DNA of 64,000 bases from an uncultured Chloroflexia bacterium (GTDB lineage Bacteria > Chloroflexota > Anaerolineae > Anaerolineales > UBA4823). The DNA lies in the NCBI GenBank assembly GCA_963706515.1, contig CAVPMW010000011.1, forward strand, positions 65,675 to 129,674. Direction: 5' to 3'. Made by a program: the position numbers and the translations under genes. Below, in pieces: positions 20,954 to 31,599 of the stretch; within the stretch, counting starts at the first letter, position 1; each line of letters opens with the position of its first letter. The notes beneath the pieces were generated by a model. It had not been told where the DNA came from. It searched no databases and saw nothing but the letters and a program-made list of their open reading frames with translations.

Positions 20954-21541
20954 ATGCAAAAAGAAAATCATTCTACTAAAAACAAACAGGTTTACATAAC
21001 CGTAGCCGTATTCTACACGCTGAAGCAGGCAGAAAAAACTTTCCAGGAGCTTCATCTCCAACGCAAGCTGAAGGGGGGAAAGGCTGCCGTCATCGTGGAA
21101 AAGGACCTGCGCGGCGACCTGCATATGCAGGAATTTGGCCCAAATGCAGGTAAAAGCGCGGCGAAAGGCGCTGTGTTAGGAGCCGTACTGGGCATCGTCA
21201 CGGGTGGCGCTGGTCTGGCGCTGGTAGCTTTAGGAGGGGTGCTGGGAGGCGTGAAGGGTAAAAGAGCACAGGATGCTTCGTTCAGCGCCGATCTGTCGGA
21301 CCCAATTTCAGGCGCGCTGGCGCCAGGTACTTCGGCAATCCTGGTCGCAGGCAACCGCGTCCTTCCCCAATCGGTTCTGGAGGAGCTGAAAGCGAATGGC
21401 GCAGAGCTTATTAACACTGTGCTTTCTCGCGAGGAGATCGAGCAAATGCTTAATGTCCAAGCGGATGCAGGCGACCAGGAGCTGACAGAAAGCTTTGCGC
21501 AAAAGTGTTGCCTCCAGGGCAGCCTTCCAGGTTCCGTATAA
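20954..21541 (+). CDS. DUF1269-like membrane protein with glycine-zipper segment
   Basis: ORF 20954..21541. The glycine zipper is GAVLGAVLGIVTGGAGLALVALGGVLGGV. Confidence 0.6.
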   Translation: MQKENHSTKNKQVYITVAVFYTLKQAEKTFQELHLQRKLKGGKAAVIVEKDLRGDLHMQEFGPNAGKSAAKGAVLGAVLGIVTGGAGLALVALGGVLGGVKGKRAQDASFSADLSDPISGALAPGTSAILVAGNRVLPQSVLEELKANGAELINTVLSREEIEQMLNVQADAGDQELTESFAQKCCLQGSLPGSV

Positions 21542-22409
21542 AAAAATCCACATCGTGATCAACCCCGCGGCGGGGAAAGATGAGCCTATCCTCAATATTC
21601 TTAATCGTGCCTTTCGGCCTTATAACGTCGAATGGGATGTGAGCGTCACCCAAAAATATGGTGATGCTCAAGCCTTTGCCCGGCGAGCGATCGAAGCCGG
21701 CTGTGATCTGGTGGTGGGCTATGGGGGCGACGGCACCCAGCATGAGATCGCCAATGCATTGATGGGGAGCGGCATCGTAATGGGCGTGCTGCCCGGTGGG
21801 ACCGGTAACGGTTTTGCCAACGAGCTGGGGATCCCGAAATCGCTCGCAGAAGCGGCAGAAGTGCTGTGTACCAGTCGAAAGCTGCGCAAGACCGATATTG
21901 TGCAGCTCAAGGATGGCTACTTTATTCAAAGGCTGTTTATCGGGATCGAACCCGAGCAGCAGACCAGCCGTGAGATGAAGGATAAGTATGGCACGCTCGC
22001 CTATCCCATCACGGCTTATCAGCGGCGCAAAGCCCAACAGCAAGTGAACTATCGCATTACGATCGACGGTAAGCTGATCGAAATGCCGGCGAATAAGGTA
22101 TACGTGGTGAACGCAGCGCAGACGGGCTCAGGGATTGCGGTGACTGGAAAATTCTCGCGCAGCGACGATGGATTGCTGGAGGTATTTGTATTGGACCTGA
22201 AGAGCCTGGAGACGATTTCAGCCGCGGCGGGACGTATGCTCAATATCTCTACGGAGCTGGCAGAGAAATTTATCTGGCAGGGGAAAGAGATAACGATTGA
22301 AACCGAACCGGATCAGCCGGTGTGGACGGACGGCGAGTATATTGGGCGCACCCCAGTGACAATGAAGGTGATCCCTGGCGGGCTGAGTGTGGTCGTCCCG
22401 GAGAGCTAA
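21495..22409 (+). CDS. diacylglycerol/lipid kinase family protein (YegS/DagK-like)
   Basis: ORF with KKIHIVINPAAG, VVGYGGDGTQHE and GVLPGGTGNGFA. The start is uncertain: TTG 21495 overlaps the upstream gene, and an A7 run lies at 21540-21546. Confidence 0.8.
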   Translation: MRKSVASRAAFQVPYKKIHIVINPAAGKDEPILNILNRAFRPYNVEWDVSVTQKYGDAQAFARRAIEAGCDLVVGYGGDGTQHEIANALMGSGIVMGVLPGGTGNGFANELGIPKSLAEAAEVLCTSRKLRKTDIVQLKDGYFIQRLFIGIEPEQQTSREMKDKYGTLAYPITAYQRRKAQQQVNYRITIDGKLIEMPANKVYVVNAAQTGSGIAVTGKFSRSDDGLLEVFVLDLKSLETISAAAGRMLNISTELAEKFIWQGKEITIETEPDQPVWTDGEYIGRTPVTMKVIPGGLSVVVPES

Positions 22410-22413
22410 AAGG

Positions 22414-22938
22414 ATGGTCGCAGCTCGCACGAATTTATATTATCGATATTTAAAGTCCCGCCATCCATTTGAATATTCTCAAATCACGGATCAGCTTTTT
22501 ATCGCAGCCTGGCCGGTAGGCGAAAATTTCGCTGAGATCGTCGGTCTTGGAGTACGCCTGGTGATCAACATGGATTGGATTCCGCCTGACCCAAAGCTGG
22601 GCGAGCCGCCGCTGCGCTTGTTGACCCTGAAGACCAGCGATTCGCCGCTGACGCCTATGCCGCTCGATAAGATTTGGAGGGGTGTCAGGGCTGCAGCAGA
22701 GACGGTAGCCGAAGGCAATAAAGTGATGGTCTATTGCAAAGGAGGAGTGCACCGCAGCGTGGTGATGGCGTGCTGTATTTTGATCTCCCAGGGCTGCACC
22801 GCTGAAGAGGCGATGCGTTTGGTGAAAGAGAAACGCCCGGTTGCCAGGCCCCGGGACGCGCATTGTAAGAAAGTGATTGAGAGCTTCGAGGTGGAGTGGA
22901 AGGCCCAGCCGCCTCCTTCCCTACATCCTCTAAATTAA
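22414..22938 (+). CDS. dual-specificity / Cys-based protein phosphatase
   Basis: The CX5R active site is YCKGGVHRS. ATG 22414 lies just after the upstream stop (22407-22409), preceded by AAAGGA. Confidence 0.75.
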   Translation: MVAARTNLYYRYLKSRHPFEYSQITDQLFIAAWPVGENFAEIVGLGVRLVINMDWIPPDPKLGEPPLRLLTLKTSDSPLTPMPLDKIWRGVRAAAETVAEGNKVMVYCKGGVHRSVVMACCILISQGCTAEEAMRLVKEKRPVARPRDAHCKKVIESFEVEWKAQPPPSLHPLN

Positions 22939-23034
22939 TTGTGGTTGAACCTTATTAACTTCCATTAAGATATTAATAGTCCAATTTATATACAATATAC
23001 CTGGAATTGATTATTACCTGGTGGAGGGATTCGC

Positions 23035-23979
23035 TTGGAAACCACGATTCGCGTAGGTAGGACGGTATGGGGCTACCGGGGAGGCGTCAATCAATGGGCA
23101 TGGGCAGTCCACCGGATAGCCGGGTTAGGCATCCTGCTGTTCTTGGGACTGCACATTGCTGATATTTTCGTCGTTGCCTTCGGCCCAGAATTGTTCAATC
23201 GTTTGCTCTTTATCTATAAAGGACCGGTCGCCCGGGTGCTCGAGATTTTCCTGGCATTCAGCTTGCTCTTCCATGGGATCAACGGAATACGCCTCGCTGC
23301 GGCCGATTTTATCCCCCGCCTCGCCAGCCTGAAGACGGCTCGCCGGCTTTTTTACGGCGAGCTCCTGCTGTTCGCCGCCTTGTTCATCCCAGCCAGCTTT
23401 TTTATGATGTGGACCTTGCCGCAGGCACCTTTTCACCATAATCTCTGGATCGCTTCGGCGACGACCTTAGCCATATTCTTTTTTCCGGTAGTGGTGATCC
23501 TGATCGCTCAGCTGAAACCCCTGGGACTCGTGCTCGGGAGCGATGTGAGCGATATCAGCTACAGTGAGGCGCCAGCCAAGTCTGTCCAGGCTGGTCCCAA
23601 GCCGCCGCGCGGCCGCACCGAGCTGAACATTTGGCTGTTCCTGCGGATCAGCGGCGTTCTGTTGATCGTCCTGGCCTTGTTCCACATGTTCTGGCTGCAT
23701 TTCGTCATCAATGTCGAGGATATCACCTTCAATACGATTGTCCAACGCTGGAATGACCCTGCTCAGCCGCTGCTCAGCCTGTTCTGGAGGGTATACGACC
23801 TGTCTTTGTTGGCGTTTGCTTTCACCCATGGCGTGTTGGGAGTCAACTATATGGTCAGGGATTACATCCACCGGGGGTTATCCAGGCGGGTAATCCAGGT
23901 CGGACTGGCTGGTCTTTGGGTCGTTTTGATGCTGATGGGCCTGGGCATCATTTTCTATTTCAGAGGCACAATATCCTGA
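23035..23979 (+). CDS. succinate dehydrogenase/fumarate reductase membrane anchor, apparent SdhC-SdhD fusion (TTG start)
   Basis: 314-aa multi-TM ORF with a GGAGGG RBS. The N-terminal half is cytochrome b556-like (WAWAVHRIAGLGILLFLGLHI). The C-terminal half is SdhD-like (WLFLRISGVLLIVLALFHMFWLH...FTHGVLGV). Confidence 0.65.
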   Translation: METTIRVGRTVWGYRGGVNQWAWAVHRIAGLGILLFLGLHIADIFVVAFGPELFNRLLFIYKGPVARVLEIFLAFSLLFHGINGIRLAAADFIPRLASLKTARRLFYGELLLFAALFIPASFFMMWTLPQAPFHHNLWIASATTLAIFFFPVVVILIAQLKPLGLVLGSDVSDISYSEAPAKSVQAGPKPPRGRTELNIWLFLRISGVLLIVLALFHMFWLHFVINVEDITFNTIVQRWNDPAQPLLSLFWRVYDLSLLAFAFTHGVLGVNYMVRDYIHRGLSRRVIQVGLAGLWVVLMLMGLGIIFYFRGTIS

Positions 23980-23994
23980 GCAGGAGGGGTGATC

Positions 23995-24705
23995 ATGGAA
24001 TACCGCATCAATATCAAGCGATTTAATCCGGAACAGGATCAGAAACCGCATTGGGAGGAATACACCGTACAGGCTGAGCCGGAAGATCGCCTGCTCGATG
24101 CGCTGCTCACGATCAAGGGGTATCAGGATGGCTCGCTAACCCTGCGTTTTTCATGCGGGCATGGAATATGCGGCAGCGATGCCATGCTGATCAATCGCCA
24201 AACCCGGCTGGCTTGCAAAACCGTGCTAAAGCGGATCGTAGCCAAGCCGGGCGAAATAATTTATGTCGAGCCCATGCGCAGCTTTCCGGTCATCAAGGAC
24301 CTGGTGGTCGATATGAGCCTATTCTATGAAAAATATTATTCCATCCAGCCCTTCCTGATCAATGATACTCCGCCGCCTGTCACTGAGCGGCTGCAGTCTC
24401 CCCAAGAACGCGAGCGCTTCGAGGAAACGACTCGCTGCATCTTGTGCGGAGCCTGCAGTGGGTCTTGCCCCACCTTTTGGGCTAACAAGGAATACGTCGC
24501 ACCCGCCGCAATCGTCCAGGCTCACCGCTTTATCTTTGACTTGCGCGACGAGGCGACTCAGGACCGGCTCGACCAGCTGGGAGATATCGGCGGAGTCTTC
24601 ACCTGTCGCTCGATCTATAATTGTTCGGAAGCCTGCCCGCGCGATATCGATGTGGTCAAGGCAATCAACGAAGTCCGGCAGGCTATTCTGTTCGGTCACC
24701 GATAA
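23995..24705 (+). CDS. sdhB: succinate dehydrogenase/fumarate reductase iron-sulfur subunit
   Basis: Three Cys clusters are present: CGHGICGSD, CILCGACSGSCP and CRSIYNCSEACP. ATG 23995 follows AGGAGGGG. Confidence 0.9.
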   Translation: MEYRINIKRFNPEQDQKPHWEEYTVQAEPEDRLLDALLTIKGYQDGSLTLRFSCGHGICGSDAMLINRQTRLACKTVLKRIVAKPGEIIYVEPMRSFPVIKDLVVDMSLFYEKYYSIQPFLINDTPPPVTERLQSPQERERFEETTRCILCGACSGSCPTFWANKEYVAPAAIVQAHRFIFDLRDEATQDRLDQLGDIGGVFTCRSIYNCSEACPRDIDVVKAINEVRQAILFGHR

Positions 24706-24904
24706 AGGCTGCCGTTAAGGAGCTGCACGGGACAGATCGGATGAAATAGGGATTGTCCCCCATTGAGCATAGGTATTCTCCCCATTCATCTGCGAAAACG
24801 ACATCATTATACTTCTGGAGGATAGACGTATCTGTTTGATAGTGGGTTCGAGCGGACCCATGCTAAGAGATATGAACCGCTGCAAGTCCTAAAGGAGATA
24901 TAAG

Positions 24905-25183
24905 ATGTTCAAACAATTGCTCAGAACTTGGATGGCATTCATGGTCGGGGGATTGATTGGGGCCACAGTGATGTGGCTGGTGGCGCCTATGTCGGGTGAA
25001 GAAACCCGGCGAATTCTCAGGGCAAACCTTGCCGATGTGCAGTCGCAAGTCGGGCTGCGCATTGAAGATGCTCAAGTGAAGGCCCACCAGATTTCCGATA
25101 TCGGTCGCCGGGTAGTTGAAGAGCAGAAAGCCAGCCTCGAACGCGGTGCTGAAGAAGTGAAATCGGTGGCAATGGGTGATTAA
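24905..25183 (+). CDS. YtxH-domain small protein
   Basis: ORF 24905..25183. An N-terminal TM helix is followed by APMSGEETRRILRANL and coiled helical repeats. Confidence 0.7.
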   Translation: MFKQLLRTWMAFMVGGLIGATVMWLVAPMSGEETRRILRANLADVQSQVGLRIEDAQVKAHQISDIGRRVVEEQKASLERGAEEVKSVAMGD

Positions 25184-25311
25184 CCCTTTACTGGTGAGAG
25201 CTCATCTTAAACAGCCATCGTAGCCTGATCTATTTTAGCCATAGCTGCGTGGAACCTCACATGGCGCAGCGATCCAGTGACAGCGGGCTTAAAGGCCAGC
25301 TGTAACGGCTA

Positions 25312-25471
25312 AAATTTTCTGATTCAAACGTATCTCAGCGGGCTGCACGCTGTTGGACGTATGGGTGAGGCGCAGGAAGTTGCCAATCTGGTCGCATTTC
25401 TCTCCTCGGATCAGGCTTCATTCCTGACTGGCGGATACTACCTCGTGGATGGTGGATATACGGCACAATGA
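25312..25471 (+). pseudogene. C-terminal remnant (about 50 codons) of a short-chain dehydrogenase/reductase
   Basis: ...[38 protein letters not shown] is a canonical SDR C-terminus. An in-frame TAA lies at 25309-25311, and no upstream SDR sequence is present. Confidence 0.75.
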
Positions 25472-25514
25472 ATATCAATAATTCGAGCTATGCAGTTGAA
25501 GGAAAAAAGTCCGG

Positions 25515-25560
25515 AAAAAGAGGTGTAGGGCGGGCGGATGCCCGCCCTACACCTCTTTTT
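25515..25560. terminator. bidirectional rho-independent terminator
   Basis: aaaaagaggtgtagggcgggc GGAT gcccgccctacacctcttttt has a long GC-rich stem flanked by A5 and T5 runs. Confidence 0.85.
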
Positions 25561-25571
25561 CCGGCAATTCC

Positions 25572-25896
25572 TCAACGATCATCCCCGTAGTACTCGTAGA
25601 CATCGGTCAGCCAGGCGTCTTCGCTGGTGACTGGCCAGTGATCTTTGTCAAAGCCAGGAGCATCCTCGAGCATCTCCTTGTTGATGTTACCGACGATTAT
25701 ATTATTCTCGCTATCTACTGTCAGAGCCTTCCAGGGGAGGGCAAACAGCTTGTTCCCCATGCCGAGAACGCCTCCGAAGGAAAGGACGGCATACGCAACT
25801 CGCCCGCTCGAAAGGTCGATCATCAGCTCTTCGAGCTTGCCCAGGTCTTCGCCAAAATGGTTTTTTACCGCGAGCGATCTCGGACGTGAAGTTCAC
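25572..25896 (-). pseudogene. PRC-barrel domain protein, one frameshift in a homopolymer
   Basis: ORF 25572..25823 (LMIDLSSGRVAYAVLSFGGVLGMGNKLFALPW) continues upstream as VNFTSEIARGKK in another frame. The junction is at the T6/A6 run at 25861-25866. Confidence 0.75.
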
Positions 25897-25962
25897 GCCA
25901 GTCGTACGCCCTCAGTCAATTGAGACCATCCTCACCCAGCGGTTGAAACACCAGGCGAGGTG

Positions 25963-28900
25963 CTATGGCTCAGTAGGTATATCCTTCCGTTCAGTCATGT
26001 GAAAGACCTCTATAACGGCGTCTGCCACTGCACTGAGAGGGCTAAGCAGATTTGGGACAGTCGCGGGCGTTACGCTGGGATCTGTGCCAATATCCAACGC
26101 GATAGGCGCATGCAAAGAAATAGTCTGATTTGCAGGGCGCAAGCCCTTATCCACCGCCAGGGCTTGTTGTTCGGGCGCCAGGAGATAGTCTTCGTAGAGC
26201 CGTGCCGCCTCGTGCTGCTCCTTGGTGACCCAGTCGGCATCCAGAATGCAATACGGATGTTGCGCCCAGAACGTGCCATGTGCGGGAAAGATAAAGACTA
26301 ACGGGAACGGCAGCAAGTTCCCATATTTGGCATTCGTCTTGAGGACCTCTGCCTCATTGGTGTTGACAGCGTGCAAGTACGATGGCCCACGCTCCGCCAT
26401 GAGCGCTAACAAATCCTCACTTTGCTTCGCATATACGATGGTGTACTGTTCTACTTCACGCATGGCGCTTATCACCGCATCGCTCTTGACCAGGTCGGGC
26501 GTCAGCCCGCTGGTCAAGCCAAGCTTGTCGTATGCAAGCGTCGTCATAATCAGCAGGCCTGAGTTCGAGTAGTCAGGAAGGGTATGCCCAAATTTGAATT
26601 GACCCCATTCCGGGTGACCGTAGGCTGCCCATCCCTGTGGGTCGGCTGCCAGAGCTGCTAACCTGTCCCAGCCGATCGCCTGCTTGGGCCAACCCATTGC
26701 CTCGGCCATCGGTCGCCACATTGCAAAACCGATTGGATCGTACACGGTTGGTGCACAGGTTTCGGAAACGAGCGGCTGACCGGTGCGAGCCTGCCAGGTC
26801 TGATTGGCCTGGTCCACCCAGCTCTGGTCGCCAGGACTCCACACGGTCGGTTGAATCTTGCCGTCTAAGATGTCCTTCATTGAGCCGCCAGAGATGACCT
26901 GCGTAACGGTAACGACGACCGTTTTGCCTGAGGTGGTTTTGACTTGTTTGGCGTTGAAGGCAGCCGTCGCGGCGTTAATCCAGTCCTCTTTGGACGAGGA
27001 GGAGTAGAGTGAGATATTTACCGTGTCAGCATTATCTTCAGGCCATTTTGAGCAGGTCTTGCGGTACGGCTGATTCGACGGCAGGTATTGCTTCCACTCG
27101 ATCTGGGTCAGATTGCGACCAACGACCTCGCAAACGTGGCTTTGCCAATCTGCATCCCAAAATGTAACTGTACCATCCTGACTGCCTGAGGCGAGTGTTT
27201 TGCTATCCGGGCTGAAGGCTATGCTGTACACAGCGCCGGTGTTGCCGGAGAGCGGCTGGCCTAGAGCTTGATTTGTGGCTGAATCCCAAAGGCGGATGGT
27301 GCCGTCCTCGCTGCCTGAGGCGAGCGTTTTGCCATCCGGGCTGAAGGCTACGCTGAAAACATAACCGGTGTGTCCTCGAAGCGGATGGCCGATGAGGTTG
27401 TGCGTCGCTGCATCCCACTGTATGACGGTGTTGTCCGCGCTGCCCGAGGCAAGCCTCCGACCGTCCGGGCTGAAAGCTACGCTATTTACCCAGTCCGTAT
27501 GACCGTTCAGGGGTTTGCCGATAGGTTGCTGCGTTGCCATATCCCATAAGACGATGCTATTGTCCTTGCTGCCCGAGGCAAGCGTCTGCCATCGGGGCTG
27601 AAAGCCACGCTATATACCCAATCCGTGTGACCTTTCAGGGGTTGGCCGATCGTTCGACCGGTGGCTACATCCCATAGGACGATGGTGTTGTCCGCCATAC
27701 CCGAGGCGAGCGTCTTCCCATCGGGGTTAAAGGCCAGGCTGGTTACAAGCTCGCCGTGATTTGCGAGTGTACTGGGCTCGCCTGTCGTCGCCTGCCACGG
27801 CAAGATATAAATGTCCCCGGCGGCTGATGCAACCATCTTGCCATCCGGACTGAAGGCTAAGGCTGTAATGCGATCGGCCTGAGCTAGAGGCGGGCCGCTG
27901 GCCGGGTGTGCCGCCTCGTCCCAGAAGAGCATGGTGCCGTCGGTGCTGGCGGAAGCCAGGGTCTTTCCATCTGGGCTAAAGACCACGCTCCTCACGGATC
28001 CGCTGTGACCGCGCAAATTGCGAGGCAGCTGTGTGTACTGTTCCTGGGCGGTGATTAATGCATTACGCGCTTCTGACAGTGTCGTACGCGTTCAAAGCTT
28101 CAATGCTGAGCAGGCCGGCCAGGTCGGGCTGGTCGCTCATGTGGCTCATAGCCTGGGCTGCCAGCTGGCGCGATCGTGCGAGACGGGTCTGCGTTTGGTA
28201 CTGGTTCCAAAGATACCCTGCCAGGACGGCCAATACGACCGCCATCCCTGCGACTAGCGGCGATTACCCGATTGCGCGCCTGCAATTTCTTTATGGCCTC
28301 TTTTTCGCGCTGTTGCCGGGTGGTCTCCTGAATCTGCTGCGTCCTGTCGCTCTGCCAGGCTGGCCTCGAGATACGCGCGCTCATTGCTTCGTCAACGCCA
28401 GTTCGGTGCTCGCCGCCCAGCCCTCAAATTGAGCCAGTCGCGCACCTTGCAGCAGGAAACTCGCCTCCTGGTTTGCATTCAGCCATTCTTCCTCAGCCGT
28501 CGCCAATTGGCGTTGCAATCGCAGATCCACCCGGCTCGCATCCAGCCAATCGCTCAACCGCCGCCATTCACGCAACAGCGCTGAGTGCGCCACCTCCACG
28601 GTGGGTGTGCGTGTGCTGGGATCGCGGTCGAAGGAGAGCAGGCGGGATCTGCCGAAGGACTTCGATTACTGCCTCCATCACCCCCGCCTGCCAGCTCAGG
28701 GCTGAGGCTGGTTGGGGAAGAGCGGGGGGGAGACCTCCATCAGGTATCGACCCGTCAGGCTCAGGTCCCCTGGCCGAGTCTTCGGTAGCGGCAGGTGTAC
28801 CGAAGTCAATCGACATTAACTCTGACTGTGAGATTCGTCGCCGGGTGTCCTTTACGCCTTCACCGAGTGTCACCAACCGCAGGAATAACTGGCGCGTGGC

Positions 28901-30675
28901 AGACTGCCCCGCTTTGTCCAACCCGGCATAGCCTTCTCTGCACGCCGGCCCAACGCCCCGCCTACCCCGCCAACCCGTTGATAAGCCTTCCGGGTCAGAT
29001 GGCGACCTTCGCGCCGCTCGAATAGCTCGGTCAGCGCGTACTGCAGCAACGGCAGTGCACTGGGTTGCTCATTCACATCCGCTACGATCGCAGCAACCAG
29101 GCCAGGCTCCAGCGTTACCCCAACTCGTTCGGCTGGACCGGCGATCGCGCGTACCAGCTCATCTGCCATGAGCGGCATGACAACCTCCGTGCGTTGGCGC
29201 AGCAGGTTGCCAAAGTCCGGATGCAGGAGCGGGCGATCGTAGAAGTCTGCCCGTAGGGTTATGATCACGCGCAGGCGGCTGGTCGGTTCAGTGACGGCTG
29301 TAAAAAGACTGCTCAGAAAGTGCGCGGTCTCCGCTTCGTCGTCGACGAGTGTAAATACGTGTTCAAATTGGTCAATGACGAGAACTAATTCACTATCATC
29401 AGCTGGCAGGACCAGCTGTGTGGCTCGCAGCAGCCCGCGTTCATCTCGCTGCAGCTGCTCCATCAACCCGGTGGGCTGGTTGACCGCGATGCGCAGCAAA
29501 CCGATTTCAAGTTCTTCCAACGGATGTGCGCCAGGCGACATCTCCACGATGAACCACTTTTCCGAGCCAGGCAGCGCACCGCGCCGCAATGCCGGGAGCA
29601 GACCAGCCTTGACCACCGACGATTTACCGCTGCCGCTGGGTCCGACAACGGCAAGGAATCGCCCGGCTTGCTGGGATTCTCTCAATCGGGTCAACAGCTG
29701 TTCGGTCAGCGCCTCGCGCCCAAAAAAATCGGCGGCGTCGGCCTGCTGAAAGGCGCGCAAACCCTTATAAGGGTTCGATATTTCCACTTGCGATAGGTCG
29801 CTCTTTGCTATGGTTGTCGTCGCAGTTGTCCCGAATGCCTGGTGAAGAGCCGTGACAAACGCCATCACGTCTGAGTAGCGCTCTTCCGGGTTGAGAGCTG
29901 TGGCTCGCTGAATGACAGCGTCCAATTCAGATGGCAAATCCAGGCGCCCCCGCGGTCCAGTAAGATACGGATTACTGCCGGCTGCCATGGCTTTTAATTT
30001 AGAGTGAGGGGATCGCCCAGTCAGTGCCTCATATACCACGAGACCCAGGCTGTATTGATCACTGCAGGGGGTGGCTGGTTCGCCGCGTATTTGCTCTGGT
30101 GCGAGGTAAGCGATTGATGTGGCGGCGGCAGGCTTCCCATCGCCAACAGCGCGGCGCACGTCACTGGAAATTCCAAAGTGGGTGAGATAGCCATTACCCT
30201 CGTCATCGAAGAGGATGTTTTCCGGCTTCAGATGTCCATGGACAAGGCCTTGCCGGTGGGCGGCCATCAATGCCGCCGCGATTTGCTCGACCAGGCACGC
30301 GGTGGTGCTGGTCTCCAACGGACCCTTGCGAAGCAAAACGCGCAAACTGCCCCCACGCATCCAGCGCATGACGATGTAAGCACCGTCCGGCTCCCGCCAG
30401 TAGTCGTATAAGGGGAGGATGTGTGGATGCTCGACCTTTGCAATCAGTTGGGCTTCGGCATCGAAGCGTCGTATGAAATCGGGTTGATTCGCGTACTCAG
30501 GAAGGATGACTTTGATCGCGACCTCACGCCCAACGAGGCGGTGGTAAGCCTGGTAGAGGGACCCGAACTCGCCTGTACTGACGTGCTGGCGTAATTCGTA
30601 ACCCCGTATCTCGCCTTTAGAGAGCCGTTCCTTGAAATCGTGGAGGTAAGCGATGCGCCGTGAAACCGTACACAA
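25963..30675 (-). pseudogene. giant multidomain STAND signalling protein: degenerate Ser/Thr-kinase domain - P-loop STAND (nSTAND/NACHT-like) NTPase - helical region - TM helix - 7 WD40 blades - C-terminal solute-binding-protein-like domain; at least 6 frame changes
   Basis: Fragments 28870..30675, 28568..28921, 28381..28599, 28100..28384, 28063..28245, 27507..28016 and 25963..27540 join colinearly. The kinase lobe carries VAIKVI, HGHLKPEN, HFG and APE. Walker A is VVGPSGSGKSS and Walker B is LVLVIDQFEH. The TM helix is MAVVLAVLAGYLW. Seven repeats of GH..V.SVAFSPDG..LASGS.D.T..LWD follow. The tail (QPTVWSPGDQSWV...) resembles the SBP module found in SBP-vWA proteins. Confidence 0.8.
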
Positions 30676-30699
30676 GTACTTGATTGAGGAGGAATAACA

Positions 30700-31566
30700 A
30701 TGAACACTAGAATTACTATAGTCCTGGTATTACTGCTGATCTGCGTTGCCCAGTCTGCCTGCGGGATTTCTCCGGCTGAGAAGTCAGCTACTGCCACGCA
30801 AGCAGCCGCGGAAGCTGCTGCTGCCAGCTTCGCCACCCAAACGGCTCAAGCTCCCACGGGAACTCCGACTTCCACCTCCAGCCCCACGGTCACGCCTTCA
30901 CCGACCGCTACCGCCACGCCGACGCCCACCCTAAAACCCACGAATCCCTCGACGGTCACACCGACCGCTACGCCTCAATGGATGGGCGCGGGGTTGGTCC
31001 TGGAGGATCTACCAGAAGGATCGAACGCCAGCTGCAGGAAAGAAGGGTGCCAAGCTCTTCTTCGGCAGGGTTTGCCTCCGGATTCTCTAGTTTTTGGGTT
31101 TGGAGATGAAGCTAAGAGCCAGGCTGTTATGGGTTATTACTTGTTTCTCCCAATCCGTGCTGACCAGCTCACATTCGACGGAATGCTGCAAGCAACGCTC
31201 GATTATTTTAGCCTCATCCATGGGCGCGACGACGGAGAAATGCAAGCCAATCCACGTCCAGGATGATGTAGGCGATGCCCGCCTGGCCTCTACGTTCGTA
31301 TTAGATCAAAATGGGTTTCAAATCTCGGTTTGGATATGATCTTGTTCCGCCGCGGTGGAGAGGTTGCCGCATTCTTCTTCGTTCTCTATCCAGATGGTGA
31401 CAAGCCGGTCGTGCGCATGATCGATCTTGCCCATTTGTTCAGACGGGCGGATCCAGGAGCACTTCCAAAGTTATCCCTTCGTCATCTACCACTACCCACA
31501 TTTCCACCGGCCAGAAGGGTATTAGAACCGGTCTGTGATCCGGGTCAGATGTCAGTATCAGATTAA
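30700..31566 (+). pseudogene. secreted lipoprotein with Pro/Thr-rich linker, about 2 frameshifts; end uncertain
   Basis: MNTRITIVLVLLLICVAQSACG is a lipobox signal, followed by a PT-rich linker. The C-terminal domain continues through frames 30700, 31094 and 31330. Confidence 0.55.
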
Positions 31567-31599
31567 TCAATACTCTATTTGACACCAAGGAGCTGCGTC

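Noticed and set aside
27200-28016. Periodic nucleotide repeats (about 126 bp) that might be read as a tandem repeat or CRISPR-like array.
   Set aside because: They are the coding repeats of seven WD40 blades (GH..V.SVAFSPDG...LWD). They have no unique spacers and lie in frame within a protein.
30840-30960. Low-complexity Pro/Thr-, Pro/Ala- and Gly-rich nucleotide tracts (also at 34920-34990, 41930-42070 and 44930-44990).
   Set aside because: These are linker regions of secreted proteins or lipoproteins, in frame with them. They are not independent repeats or mobile sequences.
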